Part shown: piece by piece, positions 24,801 to 39,800 of the stretch
Layout: each line of letters begins with the position of its first letter
Numbering within the stretch: position 1 is the stretch's first letter
NCBI RefSeq assembly: GCF_009914755.1
Contig: NC_060946.1
Reading direction: 5' to 3' (one strand)
DNA from: the human T2T-CHM13v2.0 reference genome, Homo sapiens
Length of the DNA: 64,000 nucleotides
Position numbers and translations under genes: made by a program
Notes under the pieces: generated by a model
Databases searched by the model: none
Told to the model about the DNA's origin: nothing
The model's input: the letters and a program-made list of their open reading frames with translations, nothing else

Positions 24801-27800
24801 CAAGCTATCCAAATATCCACTTGCAGATTCCACAGAAAGACTGTTTCAAAACTGCTCTGTCAATAGAAAGGTTCAACTCTGTTAGCTGCGTGCATATATC
24901 CCAAAGAAGATTCTGAGATTGCTTCTGTCTAGTTTTTATGGGAAGATATTTCCCTTTTCACCGTAGGCGTCAAGGCGCTCCAAATGTCCACTTCCAGATA
25001 CTACAAAAAGAGTGTTTCAAACCTACTCTGTGAAAGCGAATATTCAACTCTGTGACTTGAATGCACATATCACAAAGAAGTTTCTGAGAATGCTTCTGTC
25101 GAGATTTTATATGAAGATATTCCCGTTTCCAACGAAATCCTGAAATCTATCCAAATATCCCCTCGCAGATTCTACAAAAAGAGTGTTTCAAAACTGCTCT
25201 GTAAAAAGAAAGGTTCAACTCTGTTAGTTGAGTACACACATCACAAACAAGTTTCACAGAATGCTTCTTTCTAGCTTGTAGGGGAAGATATTCCCTTTAT
25301 CACCATGGGCCTCCAACCGTCCGAAACGTCCACTTCCATATACTACCAAAAGAGCGTTTCAAACCTGCTCTAGGAAAGGCAATGTTCAACTCTGTGACTT
25401 GAATGCAAACATCACAGAGCAGTTTCTGAGAATGCTTCTGTCTAGATTTTATAGGAAGATATTCCCGTTTCCAACGAAATCTTCACAGCTATCCAAATAT
25501 CCACTTGCAGATTCTACAAAAAGAGTGTATCAAAACTGCTCTGTCAAAAGGAAGGTTCTTCTCTGTTAGGTGAGTGCATACGTCATAAAGGAGTTTCTGA
25601 GAATGTTTCTGTCTAGTGGTTATGGGAAGATATTTGCTTTTTCACCGTAGGCCTCAGAGCGCTCCAAATATCCACTTGCACATACTACAAAAAGAGTGCC
25701 TCAAAGCTGCTCTCTGAAACGGAATGTTCAACTCTATGAGTTGAATGCAAACATCACAAAGACGTTTCTGAGAATGCTTCTGTCTAGATTTGATATGAAG
25801 ATATTCCCGTTTCCAACGAAATCTTCAAATCTATCCAAATGTCCACTTGCATAATCAACAAAAAGTGTTTTTCAGAACTGCTCTATCAAAAGAAAGATCC
25901 ACCTCTGTTAGCTGAGTTCACACATCACAAACAAGTTTATGAGAATGCTTCTGTCTAGTTTTTATTTGAAGATATTTCCTTTCTCACCATAGACCTGAAA
26001 GCTGTCCTAATGTTCACTTCCAGATACTACAGAAAGAGTGTTTAAAAACTGCTGTACGAAAGGGAATGTTCAACTCTGTGACTTGAATGCACACATCACA
26101 AAGAAGTTTCTGAGGATGCTGCTGTCTACTTTTTATACGTAATCCCGTTTCCAACGAAATCCTCCAAGCTATCCAAATATCCACTTGCAGATTCCACAGA
26201 AAGACTGTTTCAAAACTGCTCTGTCAATAGAAAGGTTCAACTCTGTTAGCTGCGTGCATATATCCCAAAGAAGATTCTGAGATTGCTTCTGTCTAGTTTT
26301 TATGGGAAGATATTTCCCTTTTCACCGTAGGCGTCAAGGCGCTCCAAATGTCCACTTCCAGATACTACAAAAAGAGTGTTTCAAACCTACTCTGTGAAAG
26401 CGAATATTCAACTCTGTGACTTGAATGCACATATCACAAAGAAGTTTCTGAGAATGCTTCTGTCGAGATTTTATATGAAGATATTCCCGTTTCCAACGAA
26501 ATCCTGAAATCTATCCAAATATCCCCTCGCAGATTCTACAAAAAGAGTGTTTCAAAACTGCTCTGTAAAAAGAAAGGTTCAACTCTGTTAGTTGAGTACA
26601 CACATCACAAACAAGTTTCACAGAATGCTTCTTTCTAGCTTGTAGGGGAAGATATTCCCTTTATCACCATGGGCCTCCAACCGTCCGAAACGTCCACTTC
26701 CATATACTACCAAAAGAGCGTTTCAAACCTGCTCTAGGAAAGGCAATGTTCAACTCTGTGACTTGAATGCAAACATCACAGAGCAGTTTCTGAGAATGCT
26801 TCTGTCTAGATTTTATAGGAAGATATTCCCGTTTCCAACGAAATCTTCACAGCTATCCAAATATCCACTTGCAGATTCTACAAAAAGAGTGTATCAAAAC
26901 TGCTCTGTCAAAAGGAAGGTTCTTCTCTGTTAGGTGAGTGCATACGTCATAAAGGAGTTTCTGAGAATGTTTCTGTCTAGTGGTTATGGGAAGATATTTG
27001 CTTTTTCACCGTAGGCCTCAGAGCGCTCCAAATATCCACTTGCACATACTACAAAAAGAGTGCCTCAAAGCTGCTCTCTGAAACGGAATGTTCAACTCTA
27101 TGAGTTGAATGCAAACATCACAAAGACGTTTCTGAGAATGCTTCTGTCTAGATTTGATATGAAGATATTCCCGTTTCCAACGAAATCTTCAAATCTATCC
27201 AAATGTCCACTTGCATAATCAACAAAAAGTGTTTTTCAGAACTGCTCTATCAAAAGAAAGATCCACCTCTGTTAGCTGAGTTCACACATCACAAACAAGT
27301 TTATGAGAATGCTTCTGTCTAGTTTTTATTTGAAGATATTTCCTTTCTCACCATAGACCTGAAAGCTGTCCTAATGTTCACTTCCAGATACTACAGAAAG
27401 AGTGTTTCAAAACTGCTGTACGAAAGGGAATGTTCAACTCTGTGACTTGAATGCACACATCACAAAGAAGTTTCTGAGGATGCTGCTGTCTACTTTTTAT
27501 ACGTAATCCCGTTTCCAACGAAATCCTCCAAGCTATCCAAATATCCACTTGCAGATTCCACAGAAAGACTGTTTCAAAACTGCTCTGTCAATAGAAAGGT
27601 TCAACTCTGTTAGCTGCGTGCATATATCCCAAAGAAGATTCTGAGATTGCTTCTGTCTAGTTTTTATGGGAAGATATTTCCCTTTTCACCGTAGGCGTCA
27701 AGGCGCTCCAAATGTCCACTTCCAGATACTACAAAAAGAGTGTTTCAAACCTACTCTGTGAAAGCGAATATTCAACTCTGTGACTTGAATGCACATATCA

Positions 27801-30800
27801 CAAAGAAGTTTCTGAGAATGCTTCTGTCGAGATTTTATATGAAGATATTCCCGTTTCCAACGAAATCCTGAAATCTATCCAAATATCCCCTCGCAGATTC
27901 TACAAAAAGAGTGTTTCAAAACTGCTCTGTAAAAAGAAAGGTTCAACTCTGTTAGTTGAGTACACACATCACAAACAAGTTTCACAGAATGCTTCTTTCT
28001 AGCTTGTAGGGGAAGATATTCCCTTTATCACCATGGGCCTCCAACCGTCCGAAACGTCCACTTCCATATACTACAAAAAGAGCGTTTCAAACCTGCTCTA
28101 GGAAAGGCAATGTTCAACTCTGTGACTTGAATGCAGACATCACAGAGCAGTTTCTGAGAATGCTTCTGTCTAGATTTTATAGGAAGATATTCCCGTTTCC
28201 AACGAAATCTTCACAGCTATCCAAATATCCACTTGCAGATTCTACAAAAAGAGTGTATCAAAACTGCTCTGTCAAAAGGAAGGTTCTTCTCTGTTAGGTG
28301 AGTGCATACGTCATAAAGGAGTTTCTGAGAATGTTTCTGTCTAGTGGTTATGGGAAGATATTTGCTTTTTCACCGTAGGCCTCAGAGCGCTCCAAATATC
28401 CACTTGCACATACTACAAAAAGAGTGCCTCAAAGCTGCTCTCTGAAACGGAATGTTCAACTCTATGAGTTGAATGCAAACATCACAAAGACGTTTCTGAG
28501 AATGCTTCTGTCTAGATTTGATATGAAGATATTCCCGTTTCCAACGAAATCTTCAAATCTATCCAAATGTCCACTTGCATAATCAACAAAAAGTGTTTTT
28601 CAGAACTGCTCTATCAAAAGAAAGATCCACCTCTGTTAGCTGAGTTCACACATCACAAACAAGTTTATGAGAATGCTTCTGTCTAGTTTTTATTTGAAGA
28701 TATTTCCTTTCTCACCATAGACCTGAAAGCTGTCCTAATGTTCACTTCCAGATACTACAGAAAGAGTGTTTCAAAACTGCTGTACGAAAGGGAATGTTCA
28801 ACTCTGTGACTTGAATGCACACATCACAAAGAAGTTTCTGAGGATGCTGCTGTCTACTTTTTATACGTAATCCCGTTTCCAACGAAATCCTCCAAGCTAT
28901 CCAAATATCCACTTGCAGATTCCACAGAAAGACTGTTTCAAAACTGCTCTGTCAATAGAAAGGTTCAACTCTGTTAGCTGCGTGCATATATCCCAAAGAA
29001 GATTCTGAGATTGCTTCTGTCTAGTTTTTATGGGAAGATATTTCCCATTTCACCGTAGGCGTCAAGGCGCTCCAAATGTCCACTTCCAGATACTACAAAA
29101 AGAGTGTTTCAAACCTACTCTGTGAAAGGGAATATTCAACTCTGTGACTTGAATGCACATATCACAAAGAAGTTTCTGAGAATGCTTCTGTCGAGATTTT
29201 ATATGAAGATGTTCCCGTTTCCAACGAAATCCTGAAATCTATCCAAATATCACCTCGCAGATTCTACAAAAAGAGTGTTTCAAAACTGCTCTGTAAAAAG
29301 AAAGTTTCAACTCTGTTACTTGAGTACACACATCACAAACAAGTTTCACAGAATGCTTCTTTCTAGCTTGTAGGGGAAGATATTCCCTTTATCACCATGG
29401 TCCTCAAACCGTCCGAAACGTCCACTTCCATATACTACAAAAAGAGCGTTTCAAACCTGCTCTATGAAAGGCAATGTTCAACTCTGTGACTTGAATGCAG
29501 ACATCACAGAGCAGTTTCTGAGAATGCTTCTGTCTAGATTTTATAGGAAGATATTCCCGTTTCCAACGAAATCTTCACAGCTATCCAAATATCCACTTGC
29601 AGATTCTACAAAAAGAGTGTATCAAAACTGCTCTGTCAAAAGGAAGGTTCTTCTCTGTTAGGTGAGTGCATACGTCATAAAGGAGTTTCTGAGAATGTTT
29701 CTGTCTAGTGGTTATGGGAAGATATTTGCTTTTTCACCGTAGGCCTCAGAGCGCTCCAAATATCCACTTGCACATACTACAAAAAGAGTGCCTCAAAGCT
29801 GCTCTCTGAAACGGAATGTTCAACTCTATGAGTTGAATGCAAACATCACAAAGACGTTTCTGAGAATGCTTCTGTCTAGATTTGATATGAAGATATTCCC
29901 GTTTCCAACGAAATCTTCAAATCTATCCAAATGTCCACTTGCATAATCAACAAAAAGTGTTTTTCAAAACTGCTGTATCAAAAGAAAGATCCACCTCTGT
30001 TAGCTGAGTTCACACATCACAAACAAGTTTATGAGAATGCTTCTGTCTAGTTTTTATTTGAAGATATTTCCTTTCTCACCATAGACCTGAAAGCTGTCCT
30101 AATGTTCACTTCCAGATACTACAGAAAGAGTGTTTCAAAACTGCTGTACGAAAGGGAATGTTCAACTCTGTGACTTGAATGCACACATCACAAAGAAGTT
30201 TCTGAGGATGCTGCTGTCTACTTTTTATACGTAATCCCGTTTCCAACGAAATCCTCCAAGCTATCCAAACATCCACTTGCAGATTCCACAGAAAGACTGT
30301 TTCAAAACTGCTCTGTCAATAGAAAGGTTCAACTCTGTTAGCTGCGTGCATATATCCCAAAGAAGATTCTGAGATTGCTTCTGTCTAGTTTTTATGGGAA
30401 GATATTTCCCTTTTCACCGTAGGCGTCAAGGCGCTCCAAATGTCCACTTCCAGATACTACAAAAAGAGTGTTTCAAACCTACTCTGTGAAAGCGAATATT
30501 CAACTCTGTGACTTGAATGCACATATCACAAAGAAGTTTCTGAGAATGCTTCTGTCGAGATTTTATATGAAGATATTCCCGTTTCCAACGAAATCCTGAA
30601 ATCTATCCAAATATCCCCTCGCAGATTCTACAAAAAGAGTGTTTCAAAACTGCTCTGTAAAAAGAAAGGTTCAACTCTGTTAGTTGAGTACACACATCAC
30701 AAACAAGTTTCACAGAATGCTTCTTTCTAGCTTGTAGGGGAAGATATTCCCTTTATCACCATGGGCCTCCAACCGTCCGAAACGTCCACTTCCATATACT

Positions 30801-33800
30801 ACAAAAAGAGCGTTTCAAACCTGCTCTAGGAAAGGCAATGTTCAACTCTGTGACTTGAATGCAGACATCACAGAGCAGTTTCTGAGAATGCTTCTGTCTA
30901 GATTTTATAGGAAGATATTCCCGTTTCCAACGAAATCTTCACAGCTATCCAAATATCCACTTGCAGATTCTACAAAAAGAGTGTATCAAAACTGCTCTGT
31001 CAAAAGGAAGGTTCTTCTCTGTTAGGTGAGTGCATACGTCATAAAGGAGTTTCTGAGAATGTTTCTGTCTAGTGGTTATGGGAAGATATTTGCTTTTTCA
31101 CCGTAGGCCTCAGAGCGCTCCAAATATCCACTTGCACATACTACAAAAAGAGTGCCTCAAAGCTGCTCTTTGAAACGGAATGTTCAACTCTATGAGTTGA
31201 ATGCAAACATCACAAAGACGTTTCTGAGAATGCTTCTGTCTAGATTTGATATGAAGATATTCCCGTTTCCAACGAAATCTTCAAATCTATCCAAATGTCC
31301 ACTTGCAGATTCAACAAAAAGTGTTTTTCAGAACTGCTCTATCAAAAGAAAGATCCACCTCTGTTAGCTGAGTTCACACATCACAAACAAGTTTATGAGA
31401 ATGCTTCTGTCTAGTTTTTATTTGAAGATATTTCCTTTCTCACCATAGACCTGAAAGCTGTCCTAATGTTCACTTCCAGATACTACAGAAAGAGTGTTTC
31501 AAAACTGCTGTATGAAAGGGAATGTTCAACTCTGTGACTTGAATGCACACATCACAAAGAAGTTTCTGAGGATGCTGCTGTCTACTTTTTATATGTAATC
31601 CCGTTTCCAACGAAATCCTCCAAGCTATCCAAATATCCACTTGCAGATTCCACAGAAAGACTGTTTCAAAACTGCTCTGTCAATAGAAAGGTTCAACTCT
31701 GTTAGCTGCGTGCATATATCCCAAAGAAGATTCTGAGATTGCTTCTGTCTAGTTTTTATGGGAAGATATTTCCCTTTTCACCGTAGGCGTCAAGGCGCTC
31801 CAAATGTCCACTTCCAGATACTACAAAAAGAGTGTTTCAAACCTACTCTGTGAAAGGGAATATTCAACTCTGTGACTTGAATGCACATATCACAAAGAAG
31901 TTTCTGATAATGCTTCTGTCGAGATTTTATATGAAGATATTCCCGTTTCCAACGAAATCCTGAAATCTATCCAAATATCCCCTCGCAGATTCTACAAAAA
32001 GAGTGTTTCAAAACTGCTCTGTAAAAAGAAAGGTTCAACTCTGTTAGTTGAGTACACACATCACAAACAAGTTTCACAGAATGCTTCTTTCTAGCTTGTA
32101 GGGGAAGATATTCCCTTTATCACCATGGGCCTCCAACCGTCCGAAACATCCACTTCCATATACTACAAAAAGAGCGTTTCAAACCTGCTCTATGAAAGGC
32201 AATGTTCAACTCTGTGACTTGAAAGCAGACATCACAGAGCAGTTTCTGAGAATGCTTCTGTCTAGATTTTATAGGAAGATATTCCCGTTTCCAACGAAAT
32301 CTTCACATCTATCCAAATATCCACTTGCAGATTCTTCAAAAAGAGTGTATCAAAACTGCTCTGTCAAAAGGAAGGTTCTTCTCTGTTAGGTGAGTGCATA
32401 CGTCATAAAGGAGTTTCTGGGAATGTTTCTGTCTAGTGGTTATGGGAAGATATTTGCTTTTTCACCGTAGGCCTCAGAGCGCTCCAAATATCCACTTGCA
32501 CATACTACAAAAAGAGTGCCTCAAAGCTGCTCTCTGAAACGGAATGTTCAACTCTATGAGTTGAATGCAAACATCACAAAGACGTTTCTGAGAATGCTTC
32601 TGTCTAGATTTGATATGAAGATATTCCCGTTTCCAACGAAATCTTCAAATCTATCCAAATGTCCACTTGCATAATCAACAAAAAGTGTTTTTCAGAACTG
32701 CTCTATCAAAAGAAAGATCCACCTCTGTTAGCTGAGTTCACACATCACAAACAAGTTTATGAGAATGCTTCTGTCTAGTTTTTATTTGAAGATATTTCCT
32801 TTCTCACCATAGACCTGAAAGCTGTCCTAATGTTCACTTCCAGATACTACAGAAAGAGTGTTTCAAAACTGCTGTACGAAAGGGAATGTTCAACTCTGTG
32901 ACTTGAATGCACACATCACAAAGAAGTTTCTGAGGATGCTGCTGTCTACTTTTTATACGTAATCCCCTTTCCAACGAAATCCTCCAAGCTATCCAAATAT
33001 CCACTTGCAGATTCCACAGAAAGACTGTTTCAAAACTGCTCTGTCAATAGAAAGGTTCAACTCTGTTAGCTGCGTGCATATATCCCAAAGAAGATTCTGA
33101 GATTGCTTCTGTCTAGTTTTTATGGGAAGATATTTCCCTTTTCACCGTAGGCGTCAAGGCGCTCCAAATGTCCACTTCCAGATACTACAAAAAGAGTGTT
33201 TCAAACCTACTCTGTGAAAGCGAATATTCAACTCTGTGACTTGAATGCACATATCACAAAGAAGTTTCTGAGAATGCTTCTGTCGAGATTTTATATGAAG
33301 ATATTCCCGTTTCCAACGAAATCCTGAAATCTATCCAAATATCCCCTCGCAGATTCTACAAAAAGAGTGTTTCAAAACTGCTCTGTAAAAAGAAAGGTTC
33401 AACTCTGTTAGTTGAGTACACACATCACAAACAAGTTTCACAGAATGCTTCTTTCTAGCTTGTAGGGGAAGATATTCCCTTTATCACCATGGTCCTCAAA
33501 CCGTCCGAAACGTCCACTTCCATATACTACAAAAAGAGCGTTTCAAACCTGCTCTAGGAAAGGCAATGTTCAACTCTGTGACTTGAATGCAGACATCACA
33601 GAGCAGTTTCTGAGAATGCTTCTGTCTAGATTTTATAGGAAGATATTCCCGTTTCCAACGAAATCTTCACAGCTATCCAAATATCCACTTGCAGATTCTA
33701 CAAAAAGAGTGTATCAAAACTGCTCTGTCAAAACGAAGGTTCTTCTCTGTTAGGTGAGTGCATACGTCATAAAGGAGTTTCTGAGAATGTTTCTGTCTAG

Positions 33801-36800
33801 TGGTTATGGGAAGATATTTGCTTTTTCACCGTAGGCCTCAGAGCGCTCCAAATATCCACTTGCACATACTACAAAAAGAGTGCCTCAAAGCTGCTCTCTG
33901 AAACGGAATGTTCAACTCTATGAGTTGAATGCAAACATCACAAAGACGTTTCTGAGAATGCTTCTGTCTAGATTTGATATGAAGATATTCCCGTTTCCAA
34001 CGAAATCTTCAAATCTATCCAAATGTCCACTTGCATAATCAACAAAAAGTGTTTTTCAGAATTGCTCTATCAAAAGAAAGATCCACCTCTGTTAGCTGAG
34101 TTCACACATCACAAACAAGTTTATGAGAATGCTTCTGTCTAGTTTTTATTTGAAGATATTTCCTTTCTCACCATAGACCTGAAAGCTGTCCTAATGTTCA
34201 CTTCCAGATACTACAGAAAGAGTGTTTCAAAACTGCTGTACGAAAGGGAATGTTCAACTCTGTGACTTGAATGCACACATCACAAAGAAGTTTCTGAGGA
34301 TGCTGCTGTCTACTTTTTATACGTAATCCCGTTTCCAACGAAATCCTCCAAGCTATCCAAATATCCACTTGCAGATTCCACAGAAAGACTGTTTCAAAAC
34401 TGCTCTGTCAATAGAAAGGTTCAACTCTGTTAGCTGCGTGCATATATCCCAAAGAAGATTCTGAGATTGCTTCTGTCTAGTTTTTATGGGAAGATATTTC
34501 CCTTTTCACCGTAGGCGTCAAGGCGCTCCAAATGTCCACTTCCAGATACTACAAAAAGAGTGTTTCAAACCTACTCTGTGAAAGGGAATATTCAACTCTG
34601 TGACTTGAATGCACATATCACAAAGAAGTTTCTGAGAATGCTTCTGTCGAGATTTTATATGAAGATGTTCCCGTTTCCAACGAAATCCTGAAATCTATCC
34701 AAATATCACCTCGCAGATTCTACAAAAAGAGTGTTTCAAAACTGCTCTGTAAAAAGAAAGTTTCAACTCTGTTACTTGAGTACACACATCACAAACAAGT
34801 TTCACAGAATGCTTCTTTCTAGCTTGTAGGGGAAGATATTCCCTTTATCACCATGGTCCTCAAACCGTCCGAAACGTCCACTTCCATATACTACAAAAAG
34901 AGCGTTTCAAACCTGCTCTATGAAAGGCAATGTTCAACTCTGTGACTTGAATGCAGACATCACAGAGCAGTTTCTGAGAATGCTTCTGTCTAGATTTTAT
35001 AGGAAGATATTCCCGTTTCCAACGAAATCTTCACAGCTATCCAAATATCCACTTGCAGATTCTACAAAAAGAGTGTATCAAAACTGCTCTGTCAAAAGGA
35101 AGGTTCTTCTCTGTTAGGTGAGTGCATACGTCATAAAGGAGTTTCTGAGAATGTTTCTGTCTAGTGGTTATGGGAAGATATTTGCTTTTTCACCGTAGGC
35201 CTCAGAGCGCTCCAAATATCCACTTGCACATACTACAAAAAGAGTGCCGCAAAGCTGCTCTCTGAAACGGAATGTTCAACTCTATGAGTTGAATGCAAAC
35301 ATCACAAAGACGTTTCTGAGAATGCTTCTGTCTAGATTTGATATGAAGATATTCCCGTTTCCAACGAAATCTTCAAATCTATCCAAATGTCCACTTGCAT
35401 AATCAACAAAAAGTGTTTTTCAGAACTGCTCTATCAAAAGAAAGATCCACCTCTGTTAGCTGAGTTCACACATCACAAACAAGTTTATGAGAATGCTTCT
35501 GTCTAGTTTTTATTTGAAGATATTTCCTTTCTCACCATAGACCTGAAAGCTGTCCTAATGTTCACTTCCAGATACTACAGAAAGAGTGTTTCAAAACTGC
35601 TGTACGAAAGGGAATGTTCAACTCTGTGACTTGAATGCACACATCACAAAGAAGTTTCTGAGGATGCTGCTGTCTACTTTTTATATGTAATCCCGTTTCC
35701 AACGAAATCCTCCAAGCTATCCAAATATCCACTTGCAGATTCCACAGAAAGACTGTTTCAAAACTGCTCTGTCAATAGAAAGGTTCAACTCTGTTAGCTG
35801 CGTGCATATATCCCAAAGAAGATTCTGAGATTGCTTCTGTCTAGTTTTTATGGGAAGATATTTCCCTTTTCACCGTAGGCGTCAAGGCGCTCCAAATGTC
35901 CACTTCCAGATACTACAAAAAGAGTGTTTCAAACCTACTCTGTGAAAGGGAATATTCAACTCTGTGACTTGAATGCACATATCACAAAGAAGTTTCTGAG
36001 AATGCTTCTGTCGAGATTTTATATGAAGATATTCCCGTTTCCAACGAAATCCTGAAATCTATCCAAATATCCCCTCGCAGATTCTACAAATAGAGTGTTT
36101 CAAAACTGCTCTGTAAAAAGAAAGGTTCAACTCTGTTAGTTGAGTACACACATCACAAACAAGTTTCACAGAATGCTTCTTTCTAGCTTGTAGGGGAAGA
36201 TATTCCCTTTATCACCATGGTCCTCAAACCGTCCGAAACGTCCACTTCCATATACTACAAAAAGAGCGTTTCAAACCTGCTCTATGAAAGGCAATGTTCA
36301 ACTCTGTGACTTGAATGCAGACATCACAGAGCAGTTTCTGAGAATGCTTCTGTCTAGATTTTATCGGAAGATATTCCCGTTTCCAACGAAATCTTCACAG
36401 CTATCCAAATATCCACTTGCAGATTCTACAAAAAGAGTGTATCAAAACTGCTCTGTCAAAAGGAAGGTTCTTCTCTGTTAGGTGAGTGCATACGTCATAA
36501 AGGAGTTTCTGAGAATGTTTCTGTCTAGTGGTTATGGGAAGATATTTGCTTTTTCACCGTAGGCCTCAGAGCGCTCCAAATATCCACTTGCACATACTAC
36601 AAAAAGAGTGCCTCAAAGCTGCTCTCTGAAACGGAATGTTCAACTCTATGAGTTGAATGCAAACATCACAAAGACGTTTCTGAGAATGCTTCTGTCTAGA
36701 TTTGATATGAAGATATTCCCGTTTCCAACGAAATCTTCAAATCTATCCAAATGTCCACTTGCATAATCAACAAAAAGGGTTTTTCAGAACTGCTCTATCA

Positions 36801-39800
36801 AAAGAAAGATCCACCTCTGTTAGCTGAGTTCACACATCACAAACAAGTTTATGAGAATGCTTCTGTCTAGTTTTTATTTGAAGATATTTCCTTTCTCACC
36901 ATAGACCTGAAAGCTGTCCTAATGTTCACTTCCAGATACTACAGAAAGAGTGTTTCAAAACTGCTGTACGAAAGGGAATGTTCAACTCTGTGACTTGAAT
37001 GCACACATCACAAAGAAGTTTCTGAGGATGCTGCTGTCTACTTTTTATACGTAATCCCGTTTCCAACGAAATCCTCCAAGCTATCCAAATATCCACTTGC
37101 AGATTCCACAGAAAGACTGTTTCAAAACTGCTCTGTCAATAGAAAGGTTCAACTCTGTTAGCTGCGTGCATATATCCCAAAGAAGATTCTGAGATTGCTT
37201 CTGTCTAGTTTTTATGGGAAGATATTTCCCTTTTCACCGTAGGCGTCAAGGCGCTCCAAATGTTCACTTCCAGATACTACAAAAAGAGTGTTTCAAACCT
37301 ACTCTGTGAAAGCGAATATTCAATTCTGTGACTTGAATGCACATATCACAAAGAAGTTTCTGAGAATGCTTCTGTCGAGATTTTATATGAAGATATTCCC
37401 GTTTCCAACGAAATCCTGAAATCTATCCAAATATCCCCTCGCAGATTCTACAAAAAGAGTGTTTCAAAACTGCTCTGTAAAAAGAAAGGTTCAACTCTGT
37501 TAGTTGAGTACACACATCACAAACAAGTTTCACAGAATGCTTCTTTCTAGCTTGTAGGGGAAGATATTCCCTTTATCACCATGGGCCTCCAACCGTCCGA
37601 AACGTCCACTTCCATATACTACAAAAAGAGCGTTTCAAACCTGCTCTAGGAAAGGCAATGTTCAACTCTGTGACTTGAATGCAGACATCACAGAGCAGTT
37701 TCTGAGAATGCTTCTGTCTAGATTTTATAGGAAGATATTCCCGTTTCCAACGAAATCTTCACAGCTATCCAAATATCCACTTGCAGATTCTACAAAAAGA
37801 GTGTATCAAAACTGCTCTGTCAAAAGGAAGGTTCTTCTCTGTTAGGTGAGTGCATACGTCATAAAGGAGTTTCTGAGAATGTTTCTGTCTAGTGGTTATG
37901 GGAAGATATTTGCTTTTTCACCGTAGGCCTCAGAGCGCTCCAAATATCCACTTGCACATACTACAAAAAGAGTGCCTCAAAGCTGCTCTCTGAAACGGAA
38001 TGTTCAACTCTATGAGTTGAATGCAAACATCACAAAGACGTTTCTGAGAATGCTTCTGTCTAGATTTGATATGAAGATATTCCCGTTTCCAACGAAATCT
38101 TCAAATCTATCCAAATGTCCACTTGCAGATTCAACAAAAAGTGTTTTTCAGAACTGCTCTATCAAAAGAAAGATCCACCTCTGTTAGCTGAGTTCACACA
38201 TCACAAACAAGTTTATGAGAATGCTTCTGTCTAGTTTTTATTTGAAGATATTTCCTTTCTCACCATAGACCTGAAAGCTGTCCTAATGTTCACTTCCAGA
38301 TACTACAGAAAGAGTGTTTCAAAACTGCTGTACGAAAGGGAATGTTCAACTCTGTGACTTGAATGCACACATCACAAAGAAGTTTCTGAGGATGCTGCTG
38401 TCTACTTTTTATACGTAATCCCGTTTCCAACGAAATCCTCCAAGCTATCCAAATATCCACTTGCAGATTCCACAGAAAGACTGTTTCAAAACTGCTCTGT
38501 CAATAGAAAGGTTCAACTCTGTTAGCTGCGTGCATATATCCCAAAGAAGATTCTGAGATTGCTTCTGTCTAGTTTTTATGGGAAGATATTTCCCTTTTCA
38601 CCGTAGGCGTCAAGGCGCTCCAAATGTCCACTTCCAGATACTACAAAAAGAGTGTTTCAAACCTACTCTGTGAAAGGGAATATTCAACTCTGTGACTTGA
38701 ATGCACATATCACAAAGAAGTTTCTGAGAATGCTTCTGTCGAGATTTTATATGAAGATATTCCCGTTTCCAACGAAATCCTGAAATCTATCCAAATATCC
38801 CCTCGCAGATTCTACAAAAAGAGTGTTTCAAAACTGCTCTGTAAAAAGAAAGGTTCAACTCTGTTACTTGAGTACACACATCACAAACAAGTTTCACAGA
38901 ATGCTTCTTTCTAGCTTGTAGGGGAAGATATTCCCTTTATCACCATGGTCCTCAAACCGTCCGAAACGTCCACTTTCATATACTACAAAAAGAGTGTTTC
39001 AAACCTGCTCTAGGAAAGGCAATGTTCAACTCTGTGACTTGAATGCAGACATCACAGAGCAGTTTCTGAGAATGCTTCTGTCTAGATTTTATAGGAAGAT
39101 ATTCCCGTTTCCAAAAAAATCTTCACAGCTATCCAAATATCCACTTGCAGATTCTACAAAAAGAGTGTATCAAAACTGCTCTGTCAAAAGGAAGGTTCTT
39201 CTCTGTTAGGTGAGTGCATACGTCATAAAGGAGTTTCTGAGAATGTTTCTGTCTAGTGGTTATGGGAAGATATTTGCTTTTTCACCGTAGGCCTCAGAGC
39301 GCTCCAAATATCCACTTGCACATACTACAAAAAGAGTGCCTCAAAGCTGCTCTCTGAAATGGAATGTTCAACTCTATGAGTTGAATGCAAACATCACAAA
39401 GACGTTTCTGAGAATGCTTCTGTCTAGATTTGATATGAAGATATTCCCGTTTCCAACGAAATCTTCAAATCTATCCAAATGTCCACTTGCATAATCAACA
39501 AAAAGTGTTTTTCACAACTGCTCTATCAAAAGAAAGATCCACCTCTGTTAGCTGAGTTCACACATCACAAACAAGTTTATGAGAATGCTTCTGTCTAGTT
39601 TTTATTTGAAGATATTTCCTTTCTCACCATAGACCTGAAAGCTGTCCTAATGTTCACTTCCAGATACTACAGAAAGAGTGTTTAAAAACTGCTGTACGAA
39701 AGGGAATGTTCAACTCTGTGACTTGAATGCACACATCACAAAGAAGTTTCTGAGGATGCTGCTGTCTACTTTTTATACGTAATCCCGTTTCCAACGAAAT

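Noticed and set aside
39103-39119. A-run ccaaaaaaat as a possible retro-insertion tail
   Set aside because: Length is unchanged; it is a CG>AA tandem substitution within CENP-B box 3.
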